From the NCBI GenBank assembly GCA_003488325.1, contig DNLZ01000243.1, positions 1-24,140 of the forward strand: a stretch of DNA of 24,140 nt, read 5' to 3'. The DNA is from Planctomycetaceae bacterium. GTDB taxonomy: Bacteria; Planctomycetota; Planctomycetia; Pirellulales; UBA1268. The translations under genes were made by a program, and so were the position numbers. Each line of letters opens with the position of its first letter. The first letter of the stretch is position 1. This document shows, in pieces, positions 1 through 9,323 of this stretch. A model generated the notes under the pieces. That model was not told the origin of the DNA. It saw only the letters and a program-made list of their open reading frames with translations, and did not search any database.

Positions 1-218
1 GTGAAGTAGTGGGGCAGCCGGGCCAGGGCCGTCGACAGCGTGCCGACGAGCTTGATCTCCCCCACGAGGTAGTCGATCGCCATCGGCAGCTTCGAGGTCG
101 CGAGGATCTCCTCGCCGATCGCCGCGAGCGCCTCCTGCGCCGCCACGCCCGCGACCATCCGCTCCGCGAACGCCCTGAACAGGTGGGCCTGTTCGATGTA
201 CTCCTCGCGTTCGAGCAT
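1..218 (-). CDS. Conserved hypothetical protein, 5' part only (runs off the window edge)
   Basis: My own translation from ATG at 218: MLEREEYIEQAHLFRAFAERMVAGVAAQEALAAIGEEILATSKLPMAIDYLVGEIKLVGTLSTALARLPHYF. It stays open to the edge, has GC3-rich codons and protein-like composition, and resembles a planctomycete-conserved hypothetical family from memory. It is absent from the ORF track because its stop lies outside the window. Confidence 0.75.
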   Translation of the reverse strand, partial: MLEREEYIEQAHLFRAFAERMVAGVAAQEALAAIGEEILATSKLPMAIDYLVGEIKLVGTLSTALARLPHYF

Positions 219-280
219 GGGGCGTTCCGCACGGCGGAAGGGCCCGGGAAGCCCATCGGCCCCGGACGGCACCGTCGATC

Positions 281-301
281 CCGACTATAGCCGACTATGA
301 T
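281..301 (+). promoter_or_regulatory. Tandem CCGACTAT direct repeat overlapping a candidate -10 (TATGAT) in the divergent intergenic region upstream of ribBA
   Basis: CCGACTATAG at 281-290 and CCGACTATGA at 291-300; TATGAT at 296-301. No clear -35. Confidence 0.3.
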
Positions 302-360
302 GCGGGGTGTGGCCGCGCAGCCTCGCACCTTCCCCGCCCCCCCGGTCCTTCCGTCCACCG

Positions 361-1569
361 ATGCCTCTCGACTTCTCCACGATCGACGATGCCGTCGAAG
401 CCATCCGGCAGGGCGAGATCGTCATCGTGGTCGACGCCGAGGACCGCGAGAACGAGGGCGACTTCGTCTGCGCGGCCGACAAGGCCTCGACCGAGATCGT
501 CAACTTCATGATCCGGCACGGGCGCGGGCAGGTCTGCATGCCGATCCTGCCCGATGTGGCACGTCGGCTCGACCTGCCCATGATGGTCGACGCCAACTCC
601 ACGCCGCTGGGCACCGCGTTCACCGTGCCCGTGGACCATCGCTCGGCCCGCACGGGCATCACGGCGGCCGAACGGGCGACCGCGATCGCCGCGATCCTCG
701 ATCCGCGGAGTGCGGCGACGGACTTCGTGCGTCCGGGCCACCTCTTCCCCCTCGTCGCGAAGGAGGGGGGCGTGCTGCGGCGCGCGGGGCACACCGAGGC
801 GGCCGTCGACCTGGCTCGCATGGCCGGCTCGTCGCCGGCGGGCGTCCTCTGCGAGATCCTCGACGACACCGGCAATCGCGCCGATCGCGACACGCTCTTC
901 GCGCTCGCCGCCGAGCACGGCCTGAAGATCATCTCCATCGAGCAGCTCATCCGCCATCGACGCGTGCGCGAGAAGCTCGTCGAGCGGATCGCGGAGGCGG
1001 ACCTGCCGACCCGCTGGGGCAGGTTCCGGATCATCGCCTACGGCGTGCGGTTCGAGCCCCAGCAGCCGATCGTGCTCGTGATGGGCGACGTCACGGCGGT
1101 CGCCGCTCCGCTCGTGCGGCTGCACTCCTCCTGCTTCACCGGCGATCTCCTCGACAGCCTGCGCTGCGACTGCGGGGACCAGCTCCACCTCGCCCTCGAG
1201 ATGATCGGTCGCGAGGGATGCGGTGTGCTCGTCTACCTGCCGCAGGAGGGGCGCGGCATCGGCCTGGTGGAGAAGATCCGCGCCTACCAGCTCCAGGATC
1301 AGGGCCTCGACACCGTCGAGGCGAACCTCGCCCTCGGCTACAAGGCCGACGCCCGCGACTACGGCATCGGCATCCAGCTGCTCAAGGATCTCGGCCTGCG
1401 CCGGGTGCGGCTCTTGACGAACAATCCGAAGAAGACCGACGCCTTCATCTACGGTGGCTTCGACCTCGAGGTGATCGACCAGGTGCCGATCCTGCCCCCG
1501 GTGCACGAGTTCAACGAGCGCTATCTCGCGACGAAACGCGAGAAGCTGGGGCACCGCTTTCCCGACTGA
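361..1569 (+). CDS. ribBA: Bifunctional 3,4-dihydroxy-2-butanone-4-phosphate synthase / GTP cyclohydrolase II
   Basis: DHBP synthase motifs EDRENEGD, RPGHLFPL, RRAGHTEA, CEI. GCH-II motifs VRLHSSC..GD...SLRCDCGDQL (three Zn-binding Cys), QEGRGIGL, DARDY, LLTNNPKK. ATG 361 (MPLDFSTIDDAVEAIRQG) matches the usual family start better than GTG 307. Confidence 0.97.
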   Translation: MPLDFSTIDDAVEAIRQGEIVIVVDAEDRENEGDFVCAADKASTEIVNFMIRHGRGQVCMPILPDVARRLDLPMMVDANSTPLGTAFTVPVDHRSARTGITAAERATAIAAILDPRSAATDFVRPGHLFPLVAKEGGVLRRAGHTEAAVDLARMAGSSPAGVLCEILDDTGNRADRDTLFALAAEHGLKIISIEQLIRHRRVREKLVERIAEADLPTRWGRFRIIAYGVRFEPQQPIVLVMGDVTAVAAPLVRLHSSCFTGDLLDSLRCDCGDQLHLALEMIGREGCGVLVYLPQEGRGIGLVEKIRAYQLQDQGLDTVEANLALGYKADARDYGIGIQLLKDLGLRRVRLLTNNPKKTDAFIYGGFDLEVIDQVPILPPVHEFNERYLATKREKLGHRFPD

Positions 1570-1597
1570 GAGGGGGAGCGCGGCCGGCCCGCCTCGA

Positions 1598-1627
1598 TTG
1601 ACCCACGCGCGCCGCCCGCCGTAGCAT
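1598..1627 (+). promoter_or_regulatory. Candidate sigma70-type promoter of the ABC operon
   Basis: TTGACC (1598-1603), 18-nt spacer, TAGCAT (1622-1627), lying in the gap between ribBA and the binding-protein gene. Confidence 0.45.
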
Positions 1628-1697
1628 CGTCGGCCGGTGGAGTCGCCTCTCCCGCGGCATGCGGGATTTCCGCGGCCGAAGCCGTCCCGCGGAGGGC

Positions 1698-3719
1698 ATG
1701 ATGCACACGCGACCCGTCACCCGACTCCGTCGCCGCGGCAGCCCGCCGACCACCGGCCGATCGGCCTCGATGGCCGGCATGGCGCGACCCGCCGCTGCGG
1801 CCGGCGGGCTCCTCGTCGCCCTCGTGGTCACGGCGGGCTGCGGCTCGAAGGAAGGACCCGCGATCGACGCGGAGCTCCGTCCGCAGCCCGAACTGTCGGC
1901 GACGGTGGACCCGGAAACCACGGCGAAGGCGCGGGAGGCCTTCGTCGCACCGCCCCTCTCGGACATCGATCGCGACGCCCGTTGGATCGATCGCCCCGTG
2001 CGCGACGGGCTCGTGCTGCTCCGCGACCAGCAGGAGCGGCAGCCGGCCGTCGCGACGGTGGCCGAGGCCCTCGCGCTCGAGAACGACTCGGCCGACGCCA
2101 ACGCCACGATCCTCTCCGCACTCGGCAGGCTCCCGGAAGACGGGGAGGCCGATCTCGACGCCCGCATCGATCGGCACACGACGGGCGATCTCGGCAGCAC
2201 CAACCCCATCATGATCAGCACCTCGGCGGAGTTCGACGTGCTCGGCCTCACCGGCTTCGGGCTCTTCTCCTTCGATCGCGACCTCGAGCCGTTCGCGGCC
2301 GCGGAAACGGTGGTGAGCTGGCAGACGAGCGCCGACGGGCTGCTCGACAAGGTCGTCATCCGCGACGACCTGGTGTGGAGCGACGGACAGCCGATCACGG
2401 CCCACGACGTGGCCTTCAGCTTCACGGTGATCATGGACCCGAGGGTGCCGGTGCCCGCGGTGCGCAGCGGCACCGACCAGCTGCGCGGCGTCCATGCCTA
2501 CGACGACCGCACCGTCGTCTTCTTCCATCGCGAGCCGTTCGCCACGAACGTCTGGAACATCAACTTCCCCGTCCTCCCGCGACACGTCTACGCGGCGACG
2601 TGGGAGGACGACCCCACGCTGAAGGACAGCCCCGTCCACGTCCAGCTCGAGGCCAAGCCGGTGTGCGGCGGACCCTACGAGATCGTCTCGCGGGTGCGGG
2701 GTCAGGAGATCGTGCTGCGGCGGCGCGACGCCTGGTCGACCGTCAACGGCAGCCGCGTGCGCGAGGAGCCCTTCTTCCGCGAGGTGCGCTTCCGGATCAT
2801 CGAGGATCCCAACACCTCGCTCCTCGCGCTGAAGGCGGGGGAGATCGACGAGATGATCCTCCAGCCGGAGCAGTGGACGACGCAGACCGGCGACGACGAG
2901 TTCTACCGCCGCAACACCAAGGTGACGGCGCCGGAGTGGGTGAGCTTCCACTTCGGCTGGAACCTCGACACCCCCTTCTTCGCCGACCGGCGGGTGCGGC
3001 GGGCCATGAGCTACGCCTTCGATCACGACCGCATGCTGGAGACGCTCTGCTACGGACTCTACGCCCCCTGCACCGGCGTCTTCGCGCCGGGATCGTGGAT
3101 GGCGTCGCGCAAGAAACTCGCCCCCTACCGGCAGGACCTCGACCGTGCCGAGGCGCTGCTCGACGAGGCGGGATGGGTCGATCACGACAACGACGGCGTG
3201 CGCGACCGGGAGATCGACGGCCGGCTCGTGCCCTTCGAGTTTTCGATGCTCGTCAGCCAGCAGCCGCACCGGATCAAGATCTGCACGCTCCTCAAGGAGA
3301 ACCTCGAGCAGGTCGGCGTGCGGATGAACGTGCGCCCCCTGGAGACGACGGTGCTCCAGCAGCTCACGCAGGAGAAGAAGTTTCAGGCCTTCTTCGGAGG
3401 CTGGGGGTCGGGCACCGACCCCGACACATCGGACAACATCTGGGCGACGGGTGCCGGACGCAACTTCATCAACTACTCGAATCCCGAGATCGACCGGCTC
3501 TACGTCGAGGGGCGCCGTGAGCTCGACCGGGCCAAGCGGGCCGAGATCTACGGTCGCATCCAGGAGATCCTCTACGAGGACCAGCCGTACACGTGGCTCT
3601 ACTGGCGCAACGCCTTCTACGGCTTCTCGCGCCGCCTTCGTGGCTACGTGTTCAGCCCGCGGGGACCCTACCACTACGCGCCGGGCTTCGGCAGCATGTG
3701 GAAACCCGGGCGGGAGTGA
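1698..3719 (+). CDS. ABC transporter substrate-binding lipoprotein, family 5 (OppA/DppA/AppA-like)
   Basis: Lipobox-like LLVALVVTAG-C (Cys codon 1839-1841). Family-5 motifs include WSDGQPITAHDVAFSF, CGGPYEI, GEIDEM, RVRRAMSYAFD and LYEDQPYTWLY. The start is uncertain (ATG 1698, 1701, 1770 or 1779); GGAGG lies at 1691-1695. Confidence 0.93.
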   Translation: MMHTRPVTRLRRRGSPPTTGRSASMAGMARPAAAAGGLLVALVVTAGCGSKEGPAIDAELRPQPELSATVDPETTAKAREAFVAPPLSDIDRDARWIDRPVRDGLVLLRDQQERQPAVATVAEALALENDSADANATILSALGRLPEDGEADLDARIDRHTTGDLGSTNPIMISTSAEFDVLGLTGFGLFSFDRDLEPFAAAETVVSWQTSADGLLDKVVIRDDLVWSDGQPITAHDVAFSFTVIMDPRVPVPAVRSGTDQLRGVHAYDDRTVVFFHREPFATNVWNINFPVLPRHVYAATWEDDPTLKDSPVHVQLEAKPVCGGPYEIVSRVRGQEIVLRRRDAWSTVNGSRVREEPFFREVRFRIIEDPNTSLLALKAGEIDEMILQPEQWTTQTGDDEFYRRNTKVTAPEWVSFHFGWNLDTPFFADRRVRRAMSYAFDHDRMLETLCYGLYAPCTGVFAPGSWMASRKKLAPYRQDLDRAEALLDEAGWVDHDNDGVRDREIDGRLVPFEFSMLVSQQPHRIKICTLLKENLEQVGVRMNVRPLETTVLQQLTQEKKFQAFFGGWGSGTDPDTSDNIWATGAGRNFINYSNPEIDRLYVEGRRELDRAKRAEIYGRIQEILYEDQPYTWLYWRNAFYGFSRRLRGYVFSPRGPYHYAPGFGSMWKPGRE

Positions 3720-3722
3720 GGG

Positions 3723-4709
3723 ATGGCCACGTACCTGCTGCGCCGGGTGCTGCTCGGCGTGCTCACCCTGCTCGTCATCACCTGCTTCGTCTACGGCCTC
3801 GCACGCGCGATGCCCGGCACGCCGCTGACGGTGCAGCTCGGCGAGGACCCCAGCCGCAAGCTCAACCCCGAGGACCAGGAGCGGCTGCGGCGCATCTACG
3901 GCCTCGACAAGCCGTGGTACATGGGCTACGCGCAATGGCTCGGCAACGTCGTCCGGGGTGACCTCGGCCGCTCGATCACCCGCAAGCAGCCGGTGACGTC
4001 GCTCATCGCCGAGCGGATCGGGCCCACGTTCCTCGTCTCCGGGACGGCGCTCGTGCTCATCTGGCTGCTGGCGATCCCGCTGGGGCTCTACGCCTCGGCC
4101 CGCAGCGGCCATGCCGACGAGCGCACGACGAGCCTGCTGCTCTACGTGCTCTACTCCTTCCCGACGTTCGTCGCGGCGCTCTTCCTGCAGGTCATCTTCT
4201 CGGTGTGGCTCCGGGGCACTCCGTGGGAGCTCCCGCTCTTCGGCATGACCGACCTGCCCGCCGACGCCCCGTGGCCCGCCCGCTGGGCCGACGTCGCCCG
4301 CCACATGATCCTGCCGGTGACCTGCCAGACCTACGTCGCGCTCGCCTACGACAGCCGCTTCATCAAGGCGAACATGGAGGAGGTGCTGCGGCAGGACTAC
4401 ATCCGCACCGCGCGGGCGAAGGGTGTCGGACCCTGGCGGGTGCTCGTGCGGCACGCCTTTCGCAACACGCTCATCCCGCTCGTCACGCTGCTGGGCCTCT
4501 CCCTGCCGGCGCTCGTGGGGGGCTCGGTGATCATCGAGCAGATCTTCACGTGGCCCGGGATGGGGCGGCTCTTTTTCGAGAGCATCCGCGAGCGCGACTA
4601 TCCGACGATCATGGGCCTGACGCTCATGTTCAGCGTGCTGACGCTCCTCGGCCAGCTGCTCGCGGACGTCCTCTACTGCGCGGTCGATCCGCGAGTGAGC
4701 GTGGAATGA
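3723..4709 (+). CDS. ABC transporter permease (OppB/DppB-like)
   Basis: Several TM helices, GDLGRS motif, EAA-like loop EVLRQDYIRTARAKG and C-terminal RDYP...VDPR. Confidence 0.95.
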   Translation: MATYLLRRVLLGVLTLLVITCFVYGLARAMPGTPLTVQLGEDPSRKLNPEDQERLRRIYGLDKPWYMGYAQWLGNVVRGDLGRSITRKQPVTSLIAERIGPTFLVSGTALVLIWLLAIPLGLYASARSGHADERTTSLLLYVLYSFPTFVAALFLQVIFSVWLRGTPWELPLFGMTDLPADAPWPARWADVARHMILPVTCQTYVALAYDSRFIKANMEEVLRQDYIRTARAKGVGPWRVLVRHAFRNTLIPLVTLLGLSLPALVGGSVIIEQIFTWPGMGRLFFESIRERDYPTIMGLTLMFSVLTLLGQLLADVLYCAVDPRVSVE

Positions 4710-5788
4710 TGGCGCACGTCCCGCACACCCGATCCCGCGGCTTCTGGGCCGAGGCGTGGGGCCGTTACCGGCGCAGGCCGCTCGCCATGGCCGCCCTGTC
4801 GTTCGTCGGCTTCCTCGTGGCCGTCGCGATCCTGGCGCCGGCGATCGCCGGCACGAAGCCGGTCCTCTGCCGCTACAAGGGGCGGCTGTCGATGCCCTGC
4901 CTCGGCTACTTCAACCGCAGCTGGGAGCCGGCCATCTTCGCCCGCGACCGCTTCCGCGGCACCTACCCGCGAAACCTCGCGGACAAGGACCCCGACAGCT
5001 GGGCGATCTGGCCGCTCTTCTTCCAGGATCCCTACCGGGCCGTGCGTGCCGACGAATGGCCCGGGATGCCCGCGAATCCCGCCATGGACGAGGGGCGGCC
5101 CAGCGGCCGCAACCCCTTCGGCACCGATCAGGCCGGCGTGGACGTGCTCGCGAAGATGGTGCACGGCACGACCGTCGCGCTGCTCGTCGGGTTCGTGTCG
5201 ATGGGCATCGCCGGCACGATCGGCATCGTCGTCGGTGCGCTCGGCGGCTACTTCGGCGGCTGGGTCGACACGCTCACCAGCCGCATCACCGAGATCGTGA
5301 TGTGCGTCCCCACGCTCGTCCTCATCCTCGCGATCATCGCGATCCTCGAGAAGCCGACGATCTGGCACACGATGGCGATCATCGGCGCGACGGGCTGGAC
5401 CGGCATCGCGAGACTCACGCGCGGCGAGTTCCTGCGGCTGAAGACGAGTGAATTCGTCATGGCCGCGCGGGCCGCCGGCGCCGGACCGGTGCGGATCATG
5501 CTGCGGCACATCCTGCCGAACGCCCTGGCCCCGGTGCTCGTGCCGATCACCTTCGGGATCGCCGCGGCGATCCTCGTGGAGAGCTCGCTGTCGTTCCTCG
5601 GCTTCGGCCCGCCACCGCCCACCGCCAGCTGGGGCTCGATCCTCAACGACGCGCGGAGCAATTACCGCATGTGGTGGCTCGTCGTCTTCCCGGGGACGGC
5701 GATCTTCCTCACGGTGCTCGCCTACAACCTCGTCGGCGAGGGGCTCCAGGAGGCCACCGATCCGCGGCTGCGCGAGGCGCGGAAGTAA
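4706..5788 (+). CDS. ABC transporter permease (OppC/DppC/YejE-like)
   Basis: ATGA overlap with the upstream stop. Motifs NPFGTDQAGVDVL, EFVMAARAAGAG..RIMLRHILPN, ESSLSFLGFG, WGSILNDAR and GEGLQEATDPR. Confidence 0.95.
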   Translation: MMAHVPHTRSRGFWAEAWGRYRRRPLAMAALSFVGFLVAVAILAPAIAGTKPVLCRYKGRLSMPCLGYFNRSWEPAIFARDRFRGTYPRNLADKDPDSWAIWPLFFQDPYRAVRADEWPGMPANPAMDEGRPSGRNPFGTDQAGVDVLAKMVHGTTVALLVGFVSMGIAGTIGIVVGALGGYFGGWVDTLTSRITEIVMCVPTLVLILAIIAILEKPTIWHTMAIIGATGWTGIARLTRGEFLRLKTSEFVMAARAAGAGPVRIMLRHILPNALAPVLVPITFGIAAAILVESSLSFLGFGPPPPTASWGSILNDARSNYRMWWLVVFPGTAIFLTVLAYNLVGEGLQEATDPRLREARK

Positions 5789-5791
5789 CCG

Positions 5792-6856
5792 ATGCCCCTG
5801 CTCGACATCAGGAATCTCGTGACCGCCTTCCACACCCCCGCGGGGCGCGTGCCGGCGGTGGACGGCGTGTCGCTGGCGCTGGAACGGGGCACCACGCTCG
5901 GCCTCGTCGGCGAGAGCGGGTGCGGCAAGAGCGTCACGGCGATGTCGGTGCTCGGCCTCGTCGCGGCGCCGGGCGTGGTGGAGTCGGGGGCGATCCTCCT
6001 CGATGGGCCGGCCGGCCCCGTCGATCTCGTGCGGCTGGCGGAGCCGCAGCTGCGCTCGATCCGCGGGGGCCGGATCGGCATGATCTTCCAGGAGCCGATG
6101 ACCAGCCTCAATCCGGTGTTCACGATCGGTGATCAGGTGGCCGAGGTCGTCATGCTCCACCGCCACGTGTCGCGGGGGGAGGCGCGGGCCCGGGCGCTCG
6201 AGATGCTCCGGCTCGTGCGGATCGCCGATCCGGAACAGCGGCTCGACGAGTATCCCCATCAGCTCTCGGGCGGCATGCGCCAACGCGTGATGATCGCGAT
6301 GGCGCTCGCCTGCGAGCCCGACCTCGTCATCGCGGACGAGCCCACCACCGCGCTCGACGTGACGATCCAGGCGCAGATCCTCGACCTGCTCGCCGACCTC
6401 CGGCGCCGCCTCGGCACGGCGATCCTGCTCATCACGCACGATCTCGGCGTGGTGGCCGAGACCTGTGACGAGGTGGCCGTGATGTACGCCGGCAGGATCG
6501 TGGAACGGGCGCCCGCCGCCAGGCTCTTCGCGCGACCGCTGCACCCCTACACGATCGGCCTGCTCGCGGCACGACCTCAGCCGGGAGCCGCCGGCCCGCG
6601 GCTCCGCACCATCCCCGGCAGCGTCCCCTCGCCGCGGGAGTTTCCCGCCGGATGTCGGTTCCATCCACGCTGCGCCTACGCCCGACGGGACGTCCGGCCG
6701 CCCGGCGCCGACACGCTGCCACCGTCCGCCGCGACGGCCGACTGTGCGGTCGCCATGCCGGAATTGCGTGAGATCGAAGCGGGGCACTTCGTCCGCTGCC
6801 ACTACGCCGGAGCCCTCGGGCCTCCGGCGGACGGGCGCGACGGAGGGGGAGCATGA
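5792..6856 (+). CDS. ABC transporter ATP-binding protein (OppD/DppD-like)
   Basis: Walker A GESGCGKS, signature LSGGMRQR, Walker B IADEPTT, H-loop ITHD, and C-terminal CRFHPRC...C...RCH. Confidence 0.96.
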   Translation: MPLLDIRNLVTAFHTPAGRVPAVDGVSLALERGTTLGLVGESGCGKSVTAMSVLGLVAAPGVVESGAILLDGPAGPVDLVRLAEPQLRSIRGGRIGMIFQEPMTSLNPVFTIGDQVAEVVMLHRHVSRGEARARALEMLRLVRIADPEQRLDEYPHQLSGGMRQRVMIAMALACEPDLVIADEPTTALDVTIQAQILDLLADLRRRLGTAILLITHDLGVVAETCDEVAVMYAGRIVERAPAARLFARPLHPYTIGLLAARPQPGAAGPRLRTIPGSVPSPREFPAGCRFHPRCAYARRDVRPPGADTLPPSAATADCAVAMPELREIEAGHFVRCHYAGALGPPADGRDGGGA

Positions 6857-8019
6857 CGACCCGCAATGGAGAGCCGCCGATCCTCGAGGTGCGCGGCCTC
6901 GAGACACACTTTCCGATCCGACGCGGCCTGCTGCGCCGCACGGTCGGCGCGGTGCGGGCGGTCGACGGCGTGAACCTCGATCTCCGCCGCGGCCGCACGC
7001 TCGGGATCGTCGGCGAGAGCGGCTGCGGCAAGACGACGGTCGGTCGCAGCATCCTGCGGCTGGTCGAGCCGACCGCCGGCACGATCCGCTTCGCCGGCGA
7101 GGACGTCCTCGCGACCAACGGCGCCGCCCTGCGGCGCCTCCGCCGGCGCATGCAGATCGTCTTCCAGGATCCCTACGGGTCGCTCAATCCCCGGCTCACC
7201 GTCCGCGCGATTCTCGAGGAGGGTCTCGTCATCCACGGCCTGGGCGATGCGGCGGCCCGGGCCGAGCGGATGCGCTCGGCGCTCGACCGCACCGGCATGC
7301 CGGCCGCCTCCCTCGAACGCTACCCGCACGAGTTCTCCGGCGGTCAGCGGCAGCGGATCGCGATCGCGCGGGCGCTGGTCCTCGAGCCGGAGTTCGTGGT
7401 CCTCGACGAGCCGGTGTCGGCGCTCGACGTGTCGATCCAGGCGCAGGTGATCAACCTGCTCGTCGAATTGCGCGAGCAGTTCGGACTCACCTACCTCTTC
7501 ATCTCGCACGACCTGTCGGTGGTGGAGCACATCGCCGACGAGGTGGCGGTGATGTACCTGGGCCGCGTGGTCGAGCACGGCTCGACGGACCAGCTCGCCA
7601 GGGCGCCCCTCCACCCGTACACACACGCCCTGTTTTCCGCCGTGCCGCACGTCGATCCGACGCGGCGCCGGCGCCGCATCGTGCTCGTGGGCGACGTGCC
7701 CAGCCCGTCGCACCCGCCGGCCGGCTGCCGCTTCCATCCCCGCTGTCCGCTCGCGGAGCCGGCCTGCCGCACGATCGATCCTCCCGCGACCGATCTCGAC
7801 GGGCACGTCGTGCACTGTCACGTCGCCGCGCGTCTTCTCGAGCAGTGCGACGGGGACGGCGCGCGTGCTGCGGCACGGATGGCCGAGGCCATGGCGGGCA
7901 TGGCAGGCATGACGGCCGCCGGGGCCGCTCCCGCTCAGGACGCCGCCCCCGCCGGTCTCGCGATCCAGCAGGCCGGGAGTCATGCGCGCGAGGGCGAACT
8001 CCGTCGAGGTGGATCATGA
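6853..8019 (+). CDS. ABC transporter ATP-binding protein (OppF/DppF-like) with an Ala-rich C-terminal tail
   Basis: [27 protein letters not shown] and CRFHPRC...C...HCH. ATGA overlap with the upstream gene. Confidence 0.96.
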   Translation: MTTRNGEPPILEVRGLETHFPIRRGLLRRTVGAVRAVDGVNLDLRRGRTLGIVGESGCGKTTVGRSILRLVEPTAGTIRFAGEDVLATNGAALRRLRRRMQIVFQDPYGSLNPRLTVRAILEEGLVIHGLGDAAARAERMRSALDRTGMPAASLERYPHEFSGGQRQRIAIARALVLEPEFVVLDEPVSALDVSIQAQVINLLVELREQFGLTYLFISHDLSVVEHIADEVAVMYLGRVVEHGSTDQLARAPLHPYTHALFSAVPHVDPTRRRRRIVLVGDVPSPSHPPAGCRFHPRCPLAEPACRTIDPPATDLDGHVVHCHVAARLLEQCDGDGARAAARMAEAMAGMAGMTAAGAAPAQDAAPAGLAIQQAGSHAREGELRRGGS

Positions 8020-8813
8020 CACCACGCAGACCGACGACGATGGCACCGCCGCTCCAGGCCCTCCCGCTCGTGATCGCGGTCGTCACCGGCATGGGCCTCA
8101 CCACGTCGGGCGCCTGCGACCAGCCGTCGATGACCGCCGACGTCGAGTATGCATCCGTCGGCGGCCGCTCGCTCAGACTGGACGTCCACCGCGCCGCCGG
8201 AAACGAACCCTGCGGCGCAGTCGTGCTCGTGCATGGTGGAGGCTTCACGGGAGGTGCGAAGGGCGGCTACACCGGGCAGCTCGCACGCCACCTCGCCGGG
8301 CACGGGTTCGTCGCCTTCGACATCGACTACCGGCTTCGCGGTGATCTCGGTCCGGGTGCCACGCTCGAGCAGGCGATGGTCGCCGCCCAGGAGGACCTGG
8401 GCCGTGCGGTGGCCCATGTCGTCGAACGCGCGGCCACCTACGGGGTCGATCCGGATCGGATCGCGGTCGGTGGCGGGTCGGCGGGTGCCATCACGGCGCT
8501 GCTCGCGACGTACGGGACGAAGCGGATGCCGCACCGCCCCCGGGCGGTGGTCGCCTTGTGGGGCGGGATGTACGGGCAGGAGACGTCGATCCGCGCGGGT
8601 GATCCGCCGATGGTGCTCGTGCACGGCACGGCCGACCGCACGGTACCCTTCGCACAGTCGGAGGCGATTGCATCCGCCGCGCGGCGGGTCGGGGTCGAGG
8701 CCGTGCTCGTGAGGATCGAGAATGGTGGTCACACGCTGCCGCTCGACCAGCCGTTCGCCGGGAAGACGATTCTGGAGAGCACGCGTGCGTTTCTCGATCG
8801 GGCGCTGCGGTGA
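8016..8813 (+). CDS. Exported alpha/beta-hydrolase (esterase/lipase, HSL/BD-FAE-like)
   Basis: Hydrophobic N-terminus, oxyanion motif HGGGF, nucleophile elbow GGSAG (Ser codon 8478-8480), HGTAD (Asp) and ENGGH (His). ATG 8016 overlaps the previous stop (ATGA). Confidence 0.9.
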   Translation: MTPRRPTTMAPPLQALPLVIAVVTGMGLTTSGACDQPSMTADVEYASVGGRSLRLDVHRAAGNEPCGAVVLVHGGGFTGGAKGGYTGQLARHLAGHGFVAFDIDYRLRGDLGPGATLEQAMVAAQEDLGRAVAHVVERAATYGVDPDRIAVGGGSAGAITALLATYGTKRMPHRPRAVVALWGGMYGQETSIRAGDPPMVLVHGTADRTVPFAQSEAIASAARRVGVEAVLVRIENGGHTLPLDQPFAGKTILESTRAFLDRALR

Positions 8814-8888
8814 GGGGCGGCATCACGGCCGCGCTCCGCGGACCCGGCTGGCGGGGGCCGTGACGACACGGGGCGCGGAACAACGGTG

Positions 8889-9245
8889 ATGCACGGGACG
8901 TCGCGCGACTCCGACGGCGATCTGCTCGACGCGCGGCTCCGAGCCGCGGGTGGCGCCGGGCCGGTCCTCGTGCTGGCGGACAACGCCGCAATCGCCGCCG
9001 CGGCCCCGCACTGGGCACAGCGCCTGCGGGCGGCCGGACGGCCACACCGCGTGCGCTTCTGGGAGGGGGAGGCGGACACGACGGCGATCGCGGCGCTCGC
9101 CGCGGAGGCTCGGGGCTTCGGGGCGACGGTCATTCTCGCCGCCGGCGCCGCCGACACGCTCGCGGTCGCCCGCGATCTCGCCGCGGCGATCGGCACCCCC
9201 TGCGTCATCGACCCCGCAGCGGACAGCGACGCCGCGCGGGTGTGA
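8889..9245 (+). CDS. Small hypothetical protein resembling an isolated, degenerate N-terminal domain of the iron-containing ADH / glycerol dehydrogenase superfamily
   Basis: The pattern VLVLAD..(helix)..HRVRF.EGEAD...IAALAAEAR..GATVILAAG...LAVARDLAAAIGTPCV follows the beta/alpha order of that domain. The GGG nucleotide-binding loop and the C-terminal metal-binding domain are missing. Confidence 0.55.
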   Translation: MHGTSRDSDGDLLDARLRAAGGAGPVLVLADNAAIAAAAPHWAQRLRAAGRPHRVRFWEGEADTTAIAALAAEARGFGATVILAAGAADTLAVARDLAAAIGTPCVIDPAADSDAARV

Positions 9246-9323
9246 GGCGGCGCAACGACGGGTATCGCGACCGCTACACTGCTCCGATACCCCCGATCTG
9301 CTCTCTCTTCCTGTCGACGCGCC

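Noticed and set aside
1114-1140. HSSC instead of the HSEC motif in GTP cyclohydrolase II as a sign of inactivation
   Set aside because: All three Zn-binding Cys and the catalytic D-x-R are intact, and I recall HSSC as a common natural variant.
1521-4454. 977-aa minus-strand ORF, and similar long antisense or alternate-frame ORFs (295-1554, 4673-6907, 6802-7983, 8823-10367, 10464-11951, 15935-17875, 17556-20036, 19766-22174)
   Set aside because: They shadow well-supported genes, are Arg/Pro/Ala/Gly-rich and show no family motifs. Long stop-free antisense frames are expected at this GC content.
6744-8015. Apparent 689-aa fusion ORF ending in the hydrolase
   Set aside because: The upstream part overlaps the OppF-like ATPase in another frame and is compositionally noise. 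The hydrolase has its own coupled ATG at 8016.
8823-8863. Inverted repeat TCACGGCC / GGCCGTGA after the hydrolase gene
   Set aside because: Only 8 bp with a 25-nt loop and no U-tract, which is plausible by chance at this GC content.
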